Positions 61,511 through 64,000 of a stretch of DNA of 64,000 bases are shown one piece after another. The position numbers were made by a program, and so were the translations under genes. The notes below the pieces were generated by a model, which saw only the letters and a list, made by a program, of their open reading frames with translations, had not been told where the DNA came from and made no database searches. Origin of the DNA: an uncultured Parachlamydiaceae bacterium (lineage in GTDB: Bacteria > Chlamydiota > Chlamydiia > Chlamydiales > Parachlamydiaceae); the NCBI GenBank assembly GCA_963752155.1, contig CAVVXH010000011.1, positions 256,001-320,000 of the forward strand. The letters run 5' to 3'. How positions within the stretch are numbered: position 1 is the stretch's first letter; every line of letters starts with the position of its first letter.

Positions 61511-61630
61511 TGTCACAAATGTACAAAGGGTGCTAATTCATTTTTAGAGTTCAAAGGAGATCTAGCTATAGTCCAGGGAGCTGTTCTGCTCCCTGTCTCA
61601 TGTATTTATGGAGTGCTCAATCTATGTCGC

Positions 61631-62713
61631 TTATTTTACAAGCGTTGCTGAACTGTAATTTTGGATATTTTTCTCTTCAGTAGATTTGTCTATATTGATC
61701 AAAATATGTGTACTTGTATCAATTTCTACATCACTTAAAGAAGAGACAATGATATGATTACCTTGTTGCCAATTTTTGAATCTATTGCTTCTCGAAAACC
61801 AAACTGAACCGTCGCTTAATATTATTTCTTTTCCATTTCTTGATATTTTCTGAATAATAGGCAGATCGATTTCTTCTGAGTAGACATTAACAATGGTTGC
61901 ATTGATTTTTTCGGAATTCCTCAAATTTATCAACTTACATTCTTCATCGTTAAAGGCAAATTCTATATTATCGCCAATTTCCCAATCTAATTTGGGTCGA
62001 GAACCTTTCCAAATGGTTTTATTATTTAGTTCAATTATAATAGAACCAGTTTCTTGCCAAATGCAATTAATGATAATTTTCCAGTCCCTATTCTCACGTT
62101 TATTGAAATCTTCAAACTTTATTGTTTCAGGTGAAAATAGAAGTTGAGCTCTTACGTTTTCAGGTAAGTTATTCTTTCCTCGATCCAAATTTAGCAAAAG
62201 ATGATCTGCATTACCAAAAACAAACTCCTGTGCGGTTACAATAATTCTGTCTCCTGGTTGCCAATCCTTCATCCAAGAACTACTCCATGAGCCAATAAAC
62301 CACCTTGTTGCATCTTGCAAGACTATTGTATTTGTCGATTTTTTATCATTTCTTATGACCTCCTTAATAGTGGTCACTTTTAAATCCGCTGCATTTGGAT
62401 TTTTGAGTTTCACGGGAACGCACCCTTGACAGCTTGCATTCTGTAAATAATAACCTTCAGTATAAACATAGACAATGTGAATACGGTCTCCAAGATGCCA
62501 ACCATAAAGACCATCAAAAAGATCTTTATATTCACAAGTCCAGGAAGTTCTATTGTTTAAATAAATAGTTGTCGTCTCAGATACATCAGTTGCTTCTATG
62601 GTCATGATTGAGGATGCGCATGGCACTTCTGAGATATTATTAAAATCTGAATAGGCATACGAAAAAAAACTCACAAAAACGATAAAAAATAATCTTAGAG
62701 CCATGGCCGGCAT
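61631..62713 (-). CDS. Exported protein with four internal beta-repeats
   Basis: Signal peptide; repeats of I.L.(D/N)...W.......W..G(D/N).I. Confidence 0.8.
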   Translation of the reverse strand: MPAMALRLFFIVFVSFFSYAYSDFNNISEVPCASSIMTIEATDVSETTTIYLNNRTSWTCEYKDLFDGLYGWHLGDRIHIVYVYTEGYYLQNASCQGCVPVKLKNPNAADLKVTTIKEVIRNDKKSTNTIVLQDATRWFIGSWSSSWMKDWQPGDRIIVTAQEFVFGNADHLLLNLDRGKNNLPENVRAQLLFSPETIKFEDFNKRENRDWKIIINCIWQETGSIIIELNNKTIWKGSRPKLDWEIGDNIEFAFNDEECKLINLRNSEKINATIVNVYSEEIDLPIIQKISRNGKEIILSDGSVWFSRSNRFKNWQQGNHIIVSSLSDVEIDTSTHILINIDKSTEEKNIQNYSSATLVK

Positions 62714-62793
62714 CCTTTATTTGAAAAGTTGTCAATTTAAAAAGACTCAGCATAGAGGAATTTCTAACTTTTGTCCAATCAAAAGTTCTAATA

Positions 62794-63704
62794 CAGCAAT
62801 TCCCGCTAATTTTCGTGCCCGTGTGCGTGCCCGAAAATTAGTATAATCTACGAAATTTTTCGGGCACGGGCACCCTATTTTCCGCAGATAAAAGTGATGC
62901 AATTTTGTGATGCCTTACTGATGTCAACCACCATGGAAAACGATCCCCCTTGGCGAGGACAGCCAAGTTGGTTGTTTTTGATTGGCAAAATAGATTATCA
63001 TATTAAATTATCCTGCGGAGGTCTGCCAATAATGTTTCTTTCCAATTCCTAGCATTTTAAGTATGCTCAAATTCAAATCAGATAGTTCATCATGATAATG
63101 TTCAATGATGTCACCACCTTCCTCAATTATCATTCTTATCGTTATTATCGTTCCTATATACCGTTGATCTACAGTAGCAACAGAACGCATCAAGCTGTGA
63201 ACATCAATGAAATTGCAGTAAAATAAGCTCAAAATACCCTGTGAGTTGGATATGTAGACGTAATCAACCATGCAACGATAAAAACGATAAAAACGATAAG
63301 AACGATAAGAACGATAAAAACGATAAGAACGATAAGAACGATAAGAACGATAAGAACGATAAAAACGATAATTGAAGAAGGTGGTGACATCATTGAACAT
63401 TTAATTATCGAAGATATCGGAAGATACTTAGAGAATTAAATGAGATTGATAAGAAAGTCAAAAATCTTTTTAACCAGAATGAGAAAGAATTAATTCAAAA
63501 AAGCTCAAAAGGAAGGTCGAATTTATTGATTGAAGGAGAGGTGATTTCGGGGTCAAATTTGAAAAATGTTCCGAAAAAGGAATAAAAAAAAGTGTAGACC
63601 TAACTCCACACACTAGTATACAATGTTTTTCGGATAAAATCTTGCATCACTTTTACCTGTGGAAAGTAAGGGGCACGGGCACGAAAGTTTAGCGAGAATT
63701 GCTG
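62794..63704. mobile_element. Nested non-autonomous element with perfect 9-bp target-site duplication
   Basis: TIR cagcaattc / gaattgctg; gttctaata at 62785..62793 and 63705..63713; inner TIR pair at 62874 and 63670. Confidence 0.85.
63274..63370 (+). repeat. 9-bp tandem array AACGATAA(G/A), about 10 units
   Basis: Same unit as 17410..17625; short inverted units at about 63128..63155. Confidence 0.95.
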
Positions 63705-63767
63705 GTTCTAATACGTTCTATTTGATAAATAAGTCAACAACTCACTTGGAATATTCTCAGGTCTTTG

Positions 63768-63828
63768 CTTTAAAAATTCTCAAGCGTTCACTTTAAAAAT
63801 TCTCACTTGCCTATTTTAAAAATTCTCA
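63768..63828 (+). promoter_or_regulatory. Three direct repeats of tttaaaaattctca upstream of an ATPase gene
   Basis: Repeats spaced about 23-24 bp apart, ending 30 bp before the ATG at 63857. Confidence 0.6.
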
Positions 63829-63856
63829 TTATCCTAAAAATAAAAAAGAGAGAAGA

Positions 63857-64000
63857 ATGTACAAGAGACATCAAGAATCTTCGGTGTTGCATGGTTTAAA
63901 AGTACGCAGAGTCGTATTACTATGCGGTCCACGACAGTGCGGAAAGTCTACTCTTGCGGAAAATTTACCGCTTGAAGGTTTAGAGTACAGAACGTTGGAT
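63857..64000 (+). CDS. AAA+ ATPase (AAA_14/DUF4143-type), 5' part
   Basis: MYKR...VVLLCGPRQCGKSTL...YRTLD. Confidence 0.85.
   Translation, partial: MYKRHQESSVLHGLKVRRVVLLCGPRQCGKSTLAENLPLEGLEYRTLD

Noticed and set aside
63008..63400. 130-aa ORF with YRS repeats
   Set aside because: Chimeric read-through of nested repeats; at most the last ~30 codons may be a transposase remnant

Overview
AT-rich bacterial chromosome segment, most likely from an environmental chlamydia (Chlamydiota, Parachlamydiales-like). This is inferred from an NTT/TLC nucleotide transporter, an F-box protein, an Rhs protein with a DUF687-like tail and a Tsp protease. Housekeeping content includes rtcB, an MFS transporter and argS (all three frameshifted, probably assembly errors), fumC, a wza/wzc-like pair running into a branched-chain 2-oxoacid dehydrogenase E1a/E1b/E2 operon, an ABC-2 exporter, Ku-LigD, radA, an azoreductase, Tsp and tRNA-Phe. 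The most striking element is an ~9 kb island (25.45-34.57 kb). It is bracketed by a 135-bp duplication of the E2 gene 3' end, one copy fused to a truncated serine recombinase. It holds eight co-oriented coiled-coil genes with strong RBSs, seven of which share two repeated modules. Three end in eukaryotic-type CaaX prenylation motifs (CTLF, CILQ, CSIQ), and a fourth CaaX protein (CPIQ) lies at 44.7 kb, suggesting a host-prenylated effector family. The window also has an Rhs-hydrolase/immunity-like pair, several MITE families (some nested, with target-site duplications), 9-bp tandem arrays, four to five AAA-ATPase/nuclease genes with operator-like repeats, and a decayed accessory region after tRNA-Phe. 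All calls come from reading the sequence; no database searches were run.
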